Positions 15,503 through 33,475 of a stretch of 64,000 bases of DNA are shown piece after piece (within the stretch, counting starts at the first letter, position 1; the number at the start of each line of letters is the position of its first letter). Source of the stretch: the human T2T-CHM13v2.0 reference genome, Homo sapiens. The stretch lies in NCBI RefSeq assembly GCF_009914755.1, contig NC_060947.1; one strand, given 5' to 3'. Both the position numbers and the translations under genes were made by a program. Under the pieces are notes generated by a model. The model was not told the DNA's origin and searched no databases. It was given only the letters and a program-made list of their open reading frames with translations.

Positions 15503-15959
15503 CATACCCAGTGTGCCACAAGGCAAACTTTTCCCTATAGCCATGTCTGGATGTAGTCTGCGCTAGTGCCTAAGTTTCCCCTAGGAGCCTGGAAGCAATG
15601 CTGGAAATCCTGGCTGCATGCCCACAGTGCTCTCCCTCTTAAGTTCCTTTGGGCTGTGGGGAAGGGCTGGGGTGGTGCAGTAGAGCTGTCTGGGGTTAGG
15701 AACTCTGCAGAAGTGGCTGGGCCACCTCCTCCTAGCTCAGAGCCCACTGCCCTCCCTTTACCCTTTACTGCCACTAGCATCCACTCCCAATCCCCTGCAA
15801 AGCGGCCTTGACCAGCACCCACTACCCTCCTGCCCTGAGTGCCTCTGGTGCTGTCTGTAACCCCCACTGCCTATCCTAACCACTTCCCTGTTACCTACCT
15901 CCCTTGCTTCCTGGCGCTCACCTTCAAATCCTTGTCTGGCTCCTATTCCTACCCCCTTT

Positions 15960-16400
15960 CCCTGTCGTCCACCGCACTCCCCCACCCCACCCTTGCCTGG
16001 CGCCCAACTCCACCCCATGTCTCCTGCTGGATTCCTTCCCATCCCCCTCTCCATTCTGGCGCCCACTAATGGCCTTGCCCTGCCTGGCGTCCACCGCCGG
16101 GGATCGCGGGCCTCACGTGCCGAAATCGGATACCTCGATGCTGCCTCTGCTGTGAGCCTGTGGCGAAGGAGGGTCAACAGGCGACTCGCTGAGTGACTGC
16201 TTGCAAGAGCGGGGAGGGTAGGATCCATAGATGAGGAGCGTGTGTAGGAGCGCGGCGAGACAGGCAAAGAGCACTGCAGCGGTGTCCCCAGCGCTTCGCT
16301 CGCTGGCCGTCTACCTCCCTGTTGGTGGCGGCCACCCCTCAGCCACGTTGGGCTGCCACCAGTCCCTGATGCAGTGGCTGTAGTCTCTGCCCTTTTTCTG
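15960..16400 (-). promoter_or_regulatory. SPIN2A: SPIN2A CpG-rich promoter / non-coding exon 1 with candidate donor CAC|GTGAGG (intron starts at 16116)
   Basis: CpG cluster paralogous to 1-430, with the donor motif conserved in both copies. Confidence 0.7.
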
Positions 16401-18241
16401 CACAAGACTACAGTGTTAGTTTCCTCTTAGTAGTGATGTCTTCCATTCTAATCACAGAGCAGATCTGCCTTTCTTTTCTTGGGGCCCCTCCTGGGCTCCT
16501 CCTTCCCTTTCCACAATTCACAACAGTGGAACCTGTAGGTGGCCTTTTCTCTCTTCCTGTCTCTGCTGGCTGGATCCTTCAAGCTCTCTAGCCCCTCCCC
16601 TCAGCTCTCTTGCTCCATCTGTTTTCCATCTTTCAGACATTTCTCACATTCTTTGGAAACATACAAATTAACATAGAAATACCATGTGTATACATTTATG
16701 GAGACATGAATCCTTTACGACCATATGCAAATGTGTATGTATGTATATATATATATATCTCCAAGCACATGCACATGTATAAAACTATGAATTCTGTGTA
16801 CAGTTCCAGAAATTCCTATCCATAGATTCTTAATTCCAAATACACACCTCTATCCAATCACATAACTCACAGATATAATTCTCTGTATATGCATACACAC
16901 TCACGAATACATACATTAAGTGTTTCTCCAAAGCATTATGTAGGCATATTTTAGATTTGGAGACCTTGCTTTGAAGAAGTATTGGCTTATTTTAAGCTTA
17001 AAGAGTTATTTTTGAATGTGATTACAATACTTAACAAACCTTATCTATTTCGCATAAAGTGAAGTCATTTTTAATTTTTGTGTGTTTTTTTGTGAGTTAC
17101 AGTTTTTCACAGTATCCTATAATTCTGAAAATAATCAACAATATTAGATTGCTATATCAAGTAAGATGTTTTCAGTTACATGTTGTAGGACAACAAACCA
17201 AATGGGTGTACAATAAAAACAATATGTTGGCTAACATCTGAAAAGTTAAATAAGTGTTAGGTTAATCTTAATCTATGGTGGAATAATATTTTATTATATA
17301 TATATATATATCACATTTTTTATCCATTTATTTATTGATGGACAGTTAAGTTGATTCCATATCTTGTCTATTGTGATCAGTGCTGCAAATAAATATGTGA
17401 GTGCAGATAGCTCGTTGATATGCTGATTTCCTTTCTTTTGGATATATACCCAATAGTGAGATTGCTGGATCTTAGGGAATTTGTAGTTTTAGTTTTTGGA
17501 GGAACTACCACGCTGTTTTTCATAATGGCTATGCTAATTTATATCCCCACGAGCAATTTACAAGGATACCTCTTTCTTCACTTCCTTACCAGCAGTTTTT
17601 ATTTTCTGTCTTTTTGATAATAGCCATTTTAACTGGGGTAAGATGATATCTCATTGCTATTTTGATATACAATTACCTGATGATTAGCGATTTAGAATAC
17701 TTTTTATATATCTGTTGTCCATTTGTGCGTCTTAGTTTGAGAAATGTCTACTCAGCTCTTTTGCCCATTTTTAAATCAGATTATTTGATTTTTTACTATT
17801 GAGTTGTTGGAATTTCTTACATATTTTTATTATTAATCCCGTCAGTTGAATACTTTGTAAATATTTTCTCTTGTTACCTAGGTTGTCTCTTCATTTTATG
17901 ATTGTTTCCTTTGCTGTGCAGAAGCTTTTTAGCTGATGTGATTTCACTTGCCCATTTTTCCTTTGCCTGTGCTTTGAGGTCTTACTCAAGAAATCGTTGC
18001 TCAGACCAATGTCCTGAAGCTTTTTCCCAAAGTTTTCTTCTAGTAGCTTCACAATTTCAGGTCTTAGATTTATGTCTTTAATCCATTTTGATTTGAGTGT
18101 TGTATATGGTGAGAGATAGATATGTCTAGTTTCATTCTTCTGTGTATGGATACCCAGTTTTCCCAACAACATTTATTACAGAGAGTGTCCTTTCTATAGT
18201 GTGTGTTCTTGGCTCCTTTTTTGAAAATAAGTTGACTATAA

Positions 18242-18627
<386 letters not shown>

Positions 18628-19260
18628 CCATAGGTTTGTAGTATAATTTGAAGTCAGGTAATTTGATGCCCCAGCTTAGTTCTTTTTCTTCAGGATTGCT
18701 TTGGCCATTCTGATCCTTCTGTAGCTCCATATGAATTTTAGGACTGTTTATTTTCTGTTTCCATAAAGAATGTCTTTGGTGTTTTGACAGAGATTGAGTT
18801 TATGTGTATGTAGATAACTTGGAGTAGTATGGACATTTTAACAATATTAATTAGTCCAACTCATGAACATGGATACTTTTCTATTTTTGTGTTGTCTTTA
18901 TTTTGTATCAATGTTTTATAATTTTTATTGCAGACATCTTTCATTTCTTTGGTTTAGTTTATTTCTAGGTATTTTATATTTTGTAGTCATTGTAAAAGGG
19001 ATTGCTTTCTTGATTTCTTTTTTTACACAGTTGGCATTTGTGCTACTGATTTTTGTATGTTGGTTTTATAAATAAAATCAGTTTCTTAGTTACAGTTCGT
19101 TTTTGGTGGGATCTTTAGATTTTTTCTAAATATAAAATCATATTATCTGCAAATAAAGAGAATTTAACTTCTTCCTTCCCAATTTGGGTGTTGTTTCTTT
19201 CTCTTACCTAATTGCTCTTGTTAGAATTTCCAGTACTATGTTGAATAAAAGTGGTGAAAG

Positions 19261-19490
19261 CTGGCTAACACAGTGAAACCCCATCTCTACCAAAAAAAAA
19301 AAAAAAAAAAAATAGAAAAATTAACCTGGCGTGGTGGCAGGTGCCTGTAGTCCCAGCTACTCAGGAGGCTGAGGCAGGAGAATGGCGTGAACCCGGGAAG
19401 CAGAGCTTGCAGTGAGCCGAGCTCCTGCCACTGCACTCCATCCAGCCTGGGCAACAGAGCGAGACCCCGTCTCAAAAAAAAAAAAAAAAA
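19261..19490 (+). mobile_element. 5'-truncated AluY with expanded central A-tract
   Basis: Starts ctggctaacacagtgaaaccc; poly(A); TSD aaaagtggt(g/a)aaag at 19247-19260 and 19488-19501. Confidence 0.9.
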
Positions 19491-19502
19491 AGTGGTAAAA
19501 GC

Positions 19503-19858
19503 ACCATGGAATACTACACAGCCACAGAAAATAAAATCATGCCCTTTTCAGCATCAGCGATGCAGCTGAAGGCTATTATCCTACGTGAATGAATGCAGAA
19601 ACAGAAAATCAAATGCTGCATGTTCTCACTTATAAACGGGAGGCAAAAAATGGGTGCATATGGGCATAAAGATGTAAATAATAGACACTAGGATTTCCAA
19701 AAAGAGGGAGGAAGAGAGGAATGATTGAAAAACTGCCTATCGAGTACTATGTTAGCTATTTGGGTGATGGGTTCAGTAGAAGCCCAAACCCCAGCATTAT
19801 GCAGTGTATTTATGTAAAAAGCCCACACATGTACCCCATGAAACTAATTTTTTTGTGT
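19503..19858 (+). mobile_element. Short L1 3'-end fragment (L1PB / old L1PA type)
   Basis: caccatggaatactac...gttctcacttataa...catgtacccc; flanked by gtggtaaaagca on both sides. Confidence 0.8.
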
Positions 19859-20652
19859 GTGGTAAAAGCAGTCATTTTGTCTTGTTCCAGGTCATAGACA
19901 AAAGGCTTTCAGGTTTTTTCCCATTTCATATGATGCTAGCTGTGTTTGTCATATATGACCTTTATTCTTTTGAGATATGCTCCTTCTATATCCATTTTGT
20001 TGAGAGTTTTTTTCATGAAACGATGTTAAATTTCATTGAATTTTTTTTGGCATCTATTGAAATGCCCATATGGTTTTGGTACTTTATTCTATTTATGTGA
20101 TATATCACGTTTATTGATTTGTGTATGTTGAACCATCATTGCATCCCTAAGATTAATCCTACTTGATCATGTGAATGATCTTTGAAATTTGTTGTTGGAT
20201 TCAGTTTGCTAGTATTTTGTTGAGGATTTTTGCATGTATATTTATTGGTAATATTGGCGTATAATGTTCTTTTTTGGGGTGTCTTTGGTTATGACATCTG
20301 AATAAGGCTGGCCTTCCAAGAATGAGTTTGGAAGCATTCCCTCCTATTTGATTTTTTGGAATGGTTTGAGTAGGATTTGTATTAGTTCTTCCTTAAATTT
20401 TTGGTAGAATTCAGCAGTGCAGCCACAAGATCATGGGCTTTTCATTGATGGGAGATATTTTATTACCATTGCTATCTCATTACCTATTATTGGTCCGTTC
20501 AGGTTTTCTATTTCTTTATGGTTCAATCTTGGTAGGTTGTATGTGTCTAGGAATTTACCCATTTCTTCTAGGTTTTTAAATTTATTGGCACTGCTCATAA
20601 TCATCTGTAACAATTTTTTTATTTTCTGTGTTATTATAATGTCTCATTTTTC

Positions 20653-20838
20653 TTTTTCTTTTTTTTAAATGTTACTTTAAGTTCTAGGATACAACTGAAG
20701 AAAGTGTAGGTTTGTTACATAGGTATATGTGTGTCATGGTGGTTTGCTGCACCTGTCAACCCATCATCTAGGTTTTAAGTTCCACATGCATTAGCTATTT
20801 GTCTTAATGCTCTCCCTCCCCTTGCCCCCCACACCCCG
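20653..20838 (-). mobile_element. ~190-bp L1PA (about PA7-8) 3' terminal fragment
   Basis: L1PA 3'UTR terminus; TSD gtct(c/a)atttttc at 20641-20652 and 20839-20850. Confidence 0.8.
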
Positions 20839-22348
20839 GTCTAATTTTTCATCTGTCATTTTATTTATTTGAGTCTTCTCTTAGTCTAGCTGAAGGTTTG
20901 TAGATTTTTGTCATGTTTTCAAAAAGCCAGCTTTTTGTTTAATTGATCTTTTGCATTGTCTTTCAGTTTCAATTTTATTTCTGCTCTGATTTTTATTATT
21001 TCTTTCCTTCTACTAACTCAAGGTTTGATTTGTTCTTAATTTTCTACTTCTTTAAGGTGCATTTTTAGGTTGTTTATTTGAAGTTTTTATGCTTTTTTGA
21101 CTTAGGCATTTATTGCTACAGTCTTTCCTCTTAGTATTGCTTTTGCTGTGTTCTGTAGGTTTTGGTATGTTGTGCTTTCATTTTCATTTGTTTCAAGAAA
21201 CTTTAAAAATTTCCTTCTTAATTTCTTCCTTGACCCATTGGTCATTCAGGAACATGTTGTTTAATATTCATGTATTTGTATAGTTTTCAAATTCTGGTTA
21301 TTTATTTCTATTGTTTTATTCCATTGTAGTTAGAAAAGATACTTGATATAATTTTAATATTTTAAAAATTTGTTGAGATTTATTCTGTGGCCTAACATAT
21401 GGTCTGTCTTGGAGAATGTTCCATGTGCTGAGGAGAAGAATGTGTATTCTGCTCCTTTTGGGTGAAATGTTTTGTAAGTGTGTAAGAGGTCCTCCAAGTT
21501 TATGGTGCAGATTAAGTCTGATATTTCTTTGTTAATTTTTTTGTCTAGATGATCTTTACCATGTTGAAAGTGGGGTGTTATAGTCCACACTTGTTATCGT
21601 TTTGGGATCTACCTCTCTCTTTAGTTGTACTAATATTTTTAAATATATCTCTGTGCACTGGTGCTGGATGCATATATATTTACAATTATTATATCCTCTG
21701 CTGTATTGACCCCTTTATCATTATATAATGACCTTCTTTGTTTCTTTTTACAGTTTTTGGCTTGACATCTACTTTGTCTGATATAAGTATAGTTATTCCT
21801 GCTCTATTTTGGTTTCCATTTGCATAGAATATCTTTTTTCCATTCTTTAATTTTAGGTCTGTTGTATGTCTTTATCAGTAAAATTAGTTTCTTGTACACA
21901 GAATCTACTTTGGGTCTTATTTTTTGATTCATTCAGCCACTCTAGGTCTTTTGATTAGATCATTTATTCCATTTACTGCCAATATTATTATGGATAGGTA
22001 AGGACTTACAACTTTCATTGTGTTATTTGCTTCCTGCTTGTTTTCTAAGTCCTTTTTTTCTTTATTTCTGTCCTTCTTTGTGTATAAGTGATTTTTTTCT
22101 GGTAGTATATCTTAATTCCTTGCTTTATATTTTTTGTATATTTGTTACAGGCTTTTGCTTCATGGATACGAGGAGACTTGCAAGACTATTCTAACGAATT
22201 GCTTTAAACTAAAGACAACTTAACTCGGACGATGGTGGAGAAAAAAAGAGAAAACTGAAAAAATGCTACACTTTAACTCCATCCCCCCTTACGACTTTTT
22301 GTTGTTTCTATATATCTTTTTATATTGTCTGTCTCTTAAAATTGCTCG

Positions 22349-22650
22349 TATTATTATTATTATTATTGAGATAGGATCTCACTCTATCACCCAAGTTGGA
22401 GTACAGTGACATAATCTTGGTTCACTGCAACCTCTGCCCCCCAGGCTCAAGTGATCCTTTTACCTAAGCCTCCTGAGTAGCTAGAACCATAGGAATGCAC
22501 CACCATGCTAAGCTATTTCTTTGTATTTTTGGTAGACAGGGGGTTTCTCCATGTTGCCTGGGCTGGTCTTGAACTCCTGATCTCAGGTGATTGACCCATC
22601 TTGGTTTCCCAAAATGCTGGGATTATAGGCATGAACTACCATGCCTAGCC
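22349..22650 (-). mobile_element. AluJ-type element with (TAT)n tail
   Basis: Heavily CpG-decayed dimeric Alu with the AluJ-type gctcaagtgatcc motif. Confidence 0.85.
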
Positions 22651-25600
22651 TGTTATTATTTTTGATAGCTTTGTCTTTTAGTCTTCACAGTAAAGATATA
22701 AGTGGTTTATATACAAGTACAGTACTATAATATTCCAAATTTATCTATGTGTCTACATTTATCAGTGAGTTTTAGATCTCCAGATGATTTCTTGCCTTTT
22801 TGTGTCATTTCCTTTCAGATTGAAGAACACAGTATTACTTGAAAGACAGGTCTGTTGATGAATTTCATCAGCTTTTCTCTGTGAAAGTCTATCTGTACTT
22901 CATGTTTTAAGGATCACTTTGCTGGATATTCTCAAGTTAAAGATAACTTTGCTGGCAGTATTCTCAGCTTTCAGTTTTTTCCTTCTGCACTTTCAATATG
23001 TCATCCTGTTCTTTACTGGCTTGCAAGGTTTCTGCTAAGAAGTCTGCTGACAGATGTGTCAGAGGTCCTTTACATGTTATTTGGTTTTTTCTTTTGCCGA
23101 CTTTAGGATCCTTTATTTGTCCTTGACTTTTGTGAGCTTGATTATTATATGCCTTGCAGTCATCTTACTTAGTTTGAGTCTTCTTGGTGTTCTTTAACAT
23201 TCTTGTATTTGGATATTTATATTTTTTTCTCAAGGTTTGAAACACTTTTTGTTATTATTTATTTGAATAAACATTCTACCCTGATCTCTCTACATCCTCT
23301 GTAAAGCAAGTAACTCTGTGGGTTTTTTTTTCCCCTACTTGAGGCAATTTTCTGGATCTCGTAAGCACACTTCATTCTTTTTTATTTTTTAATAATTTTT
23401 AAAATTTCCATTGGTTTTTGGTGGAACAGGTGGTATTTGGTTACATGAGTAAGTTCTTTATTGGTGATTTGTGAGATTTTGGTGCACGTATCACCCGAGC
23501 AGTTTACACTGAACCCAATTTTCAGTCGTTTATCCCTCAGCCCTCCCTCTCATCCTTTCCAAGTGTTCCCAAAGTCCGTTGTATCATTCTTCTGCCTTTA
23601 TATCCTCAGAGCTTAGCTCCCACTTATGAGTGAGAACATACAATGTTTGGTTTTTTATTCCCGAGTTACTTCACTTAGAATGATAGTCTCCAATTCCATT
23701 CAGGTTGCTGCAAATGCCGTTAATTCATTCCTTTTTATGACTGAGTAGTATTCCACTATATATATATATATGTATGTATATGTATGTGTGTGCATACACA
23801 CACACACACACACACACACACCACAATTTCTTTATCCACTCATTGATTGATGAACATTTGGGCTGGTTCCACATTTTTGCAATTGTGAATTGTGCTGCTA
23901 TAAACATGCATGTGCAGATATCTTTTTTGTATAATGACTTTTTCTCTGGGTAGTGGGATTGCTGGATCAAATGTTAGTTCTACTTTTAGTTCCCTAAGGA
24001 ATCTCCACACTGTTTTTTCTAGTGGTTGTACTAGTTTACATTCCCACCAGCAGTGTAGAAGTGTTCCCTTTCCACCACATCCATACCAGCATCTATTAGT
24101 TTTTGTTTTTTGATTATGATCATTCTTTTGGGGGGGGTAAGGTGGTATTACATTGTGGTTTTGATTAACATTTCCCTGATCATTGGTGATGTTGATCATT
24201 TTTTATGTTTGTTGGCCATTTGTATATCTTCTTTTGAGAATTGTGTATTTATGTCCTTACCCCGCTTTTTGATGAGGTTATTTGTTTTTTCTTGCTAATT
24301 TGTTTGAGTTCCCAGGAGATTCCGGATATTAGTCCTCTGTTGGATGGATAGATTGTAAAGATTTTCTCCCAATCTGTGCAATGTCTGTTTACTCTGATGA
24401 CTGTTCCTTTTGTTGTGCAGAAGCATTTTAGTTTAATTAAGTCCCACTTATTTATTTTTGTTTTAGTTGCATTCGCTTTTGGGTTCTTGGTCATGAAGTC
24501 TTTGCCTAAGCCAATGTCTAGAAGGATTTCTCCAATGTTGTCTTCTATAATTTTTACACTTTCAGGTCTTGGATTTAAGTCCTTGATACACCTTGACTTG
24601 ATTTTTGTATAAAGTGAGAGATGAGGATCTAGTTTCATTCTCCTACATGTGGCTTGCCAATTATGCCAGCACCATTTGTTGAATAGGCTGTCCTTTTCCC
24701 ACTTTATGTTTTTGTTTGCTTTGTTGAAGTTCAGTTGGCTGTAGGCATTTAGGTTTATTTCTGGGTTCTCTGTTCTGTTCCATTGGTCTATGTGCCTGTT
24801 TTTATACCAGTATCATGCTGTTTTGGTGACTATGGCCTTATAGTATAGTTTGAAGTTGGGTAATGTGATGCCTCCAGATTTTTTTTTTTCTTTTTTTGCT
24901 TAGTCCTCCTTTGGTTATGCAGGCTCTTTTTTTGGTTCCATATGAATTTTAGGGTTGTTTTTTCTAGTTCTGTGAAGAATGATGGTGTCATTTTGATGAG
25001 AATTGCATTACATTTGTAGGTTGCTTTTAACAGTATGGTCTTTTTCACAATATTGATTTTCCCCATCCATGAGGATGGGATGTATTTCCATTTGTTTGTG
25101 TTATCTGTGACTTTTTTCAGCAGTGTTTTGTAGTTTTCCTTGTAGAGGTCTTTCACCCTCTGAGTTATGTATATTTGTAAGTATTTTATTTACTTTGTGG
25201 CAATTGTGAAAGGGATTGAGTTCTTGATTTGATTCTCAGCTTGGTCACTGTTGGTGTATAGCAGAGCTACTGATTTGTGTACATTAATTTTGTATCCTGA
25301 AACTTTGCTGAATTCATTTATCAGTTCTTGGAGCTTTTTGAAAGTCTTTAGGGTTTTCTAGGTATCTGATCATATCATCAGCAAATAGTGGCAGTTTGAC
25401 TTCCTCTTTACCAATATGGACAGCATTTATTTCTTTGTCTTGTCTGATTGCTCTTGCTAGGACTTCCAGTACTATGTTGAACAGAAGTGGTGAGAGTGGG
25501 CATCCTTGTCTTGTTCCAGTTCTCAGAGGAAATGCTTTCAACTTTTCTCCATTCAGTATAATGTTGGCTGTGTGTTTGCCATAGATGGCTTTTATTACAT

Positions 25601-26924
25601 TCAGGTATGTCTCTTCTATGCTGATTTTGCTGAGGATTTCAATCATAAAGCGCTGCTGGCTTTTGTCAAATGCTTTTTCTTCATCTATTGAGACAATCAG
25701 GTGATTTTTGTATTTAATTCTGTTTATGGGGTGTATCACATTTATTGACTTGCTTATGCTAAACCATCCCTGATTCCCTAGTATGAAGCCCACTTGATCA
25801 TGGTGGATTATGTTTTTGATATGCTGCTGGACTTGGTTAGCTAGCATTTTGTTAAGGATTTTTGTATCTATATTAGTCAGGGATATTGGTCTGTAGTTTC
25901 CTTTCTTGGTTATGTCTTTTCCCGGTTTTGGTGTTAGGGTGATACTCACTTCACAGAATGATTTAGGAAGGATTCTCTCTTTATCTTGTGGAATAGTGCC
26001 AATAGGATTTGTACCTATGTTCTTTCAATGTCTGATAGAATTCAGCTGTGAATTTGTCCCATCCTGAACTTTTTTTCTTGTTGGTAATTTTTAAATTGCC
26101 ATTTCAATCTTGCTGCTTGTTATTGGTCTGTTCAGGGTTTCTAATTCTTCCTGATTTAAGCTACAAGATTTGTATCTTTTCAGGCATTTATTCATCTCCT
26201 CTAGGTTTTCTAGTTTATGCGCAAGTTCATAGCAGCCTTGAATGATCTTTTGTATTTCTGTGGTGTCGGTTGTAATATCCCCCATTTCATTTCTAATTGA
26301 GCTTATTTGGATATTCTCTCTTCTTTTCTGGGTTAATGTTGCCAGTGGTTTATCAATTTTATTTATCTTTTAAAAGAACCAGCTTTTTGTTTCATTTTTC
26401 TTTTGTAATGTTTTGTTTAATTCAATTACATTTCATTCCGCTCTGATCTTGGTTATTTCTTTTCTTCTGCTGTGTTTGGTTTTGGTTTGTTTTTGTTTCT
26501 CTAGTTCCTTGAGGTGTGACATTAGGAACATTGTCTATTTGTGCTCTTTCACACTTTTTGACGTAGGTTAACGCTATCAGCTTTCCTCTTAGCATCACTT
26601 TTGCTGTATCCCAGAAATTTATAGGTTCTTTCACTATTATCATTCAGTTCACAGAATATTTTAATTTTCATCTTGATTTCATTGTTTACCCAGTGATCAT
26701 TCAGGAGCAGGTTATTTGATTTCCATGTATTTTCATGGTTTTGAAGATTTCTTTTGGAGTTGATTTCTAGTTTTATTCCACTCTAGTCTGAGAGAGTACT
26801 TGATGTAATTTCAATTTTTAAGAATTTGTTGAGACTTCTTTTTGGCCTATCATATAGCCTATTACGTAGAATTTTCCACGTGCTGATGAATAGAATGTAC
26901 ATTCTGCAGCTGTTGGATAGAATG

Positions 26925-31793
<4,869 letters not shown>

Positions 31794-33142
31794 GCTGACC
31801 TCTGTCTTGATGACCTGTCTAGTGCTGTCAGTGGACTTTTGAAATCCCCCACTATTATCGTCTTGCTATCTATCTCATTTTTAAGGTCTGGTAGTAATTG
31901 TTTTATAAATGTGGAAGATCCAGTGTTAGGTGCATATGTATTTAGGATTGTTATATTTCCCTGTTGGTCAAGGCCTTTTATTATTATGTAATGTCCCTGT
32001 TTGTCTTTTTAAACTGCTCTTGATTTAAAGTTTGTTTTCTCAGTTACAAGAATAGCTACACCTGCTTGCTTTTGGTGTCTATTTGCATAGAATATCTTTT
32101 TCCATGCCTTTACCTTAAGTTTATGTGAGTCCTTATGTGTTAGGTGAGTCTCTTGAAGGCAGCAGATACTTGCTTGGTGAATTCTTATTCATTCTGCAAT
32201 TCTGTATCTTTGAAGTGGAACATTTAGGCCATTTATATTCAATGTTAGTATTGAGATGTGAGATACTATTCCATTCATTGTATTATTTGTTGCCTGTATA
32301 CCTTTTTTATATTGTATTTTAATTTTATGGGTTCTGTGAGATTTATGCTTTAAAGTGGTTTTGTTTTGATGTGTTTCCAGGATTGTTTCAAGATTTCAGT
32401 CTCCCCTTAGTAGTTCTTGTAGTGCTGTCTTGGTATTGGCAAATTCTCTCAGCTTTTGTTTGTCTAAAAAACACTGTGTCTTTTCTTCAATTATGAATCT
32501 TAGTTTTGCTGGATACAAAATTCTTGGCTTGTAATTGTTTTGTTTAATGAGGCTGAAGATAGGGCCCCAATTCCTTCTAGCTCGTAGAGTTTCTGCTGAG
32601 AAATTTTCTGTTAATCTGTTTTCCTTTATAGGTTACCTTGTACTTTTGCCTCACAACTCTTAAGATTCTTACCTTTGTCTTGACCTCAGATAACCTGAGG
32701 ACAATTTGCCTAGGCAATGATCTTTTTGAGATGAATTTCCCAGGTGTTCTTTGAGCTTCTTGTATTTGGATGTCTAGGTCTGTAGCAATGCCAGGGATGT
32801 TTTACTTGAATATTCCCCCAAATATGTTTTCCAAACTTTTAGGTTTCTCTTCTTCCTGAGGAACTCCAATTATTCTTAGGTTGAGTTGTTTAAGATAATC
32901 CCAAACTTCTTGGAAGCTTTGTTCATTTAAAAATTTTTCTTCTTTGTCCTTGTTGGATTGAATTAAAGCAAAACCTTGTCTTTGAGCTCCGAAGTTCCTT
33001 CCTCTGCTTGTTCTATTTTATTGCTGACACCTTCTAGTACATTTTGCATTTCCCTAAGTGTGTCCTTTATTTCCTGAAGTTGTCATTATTTTTATTTATG
33101 CTATCTATTTCACTGAAGATTTCTCCCCTCATATGTTGTATC

Positions 33143-33475
<333 letters not shown>

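Noticed and set aside
15472-15519. 16-aa N-terminal extension of the spindlin ORF (274 aa in the track)
   Set aside because: Starts at a non-ATG codon within the intron's polypyrimidine tract; the ATG at 15471 gives the known 258-aa protein.
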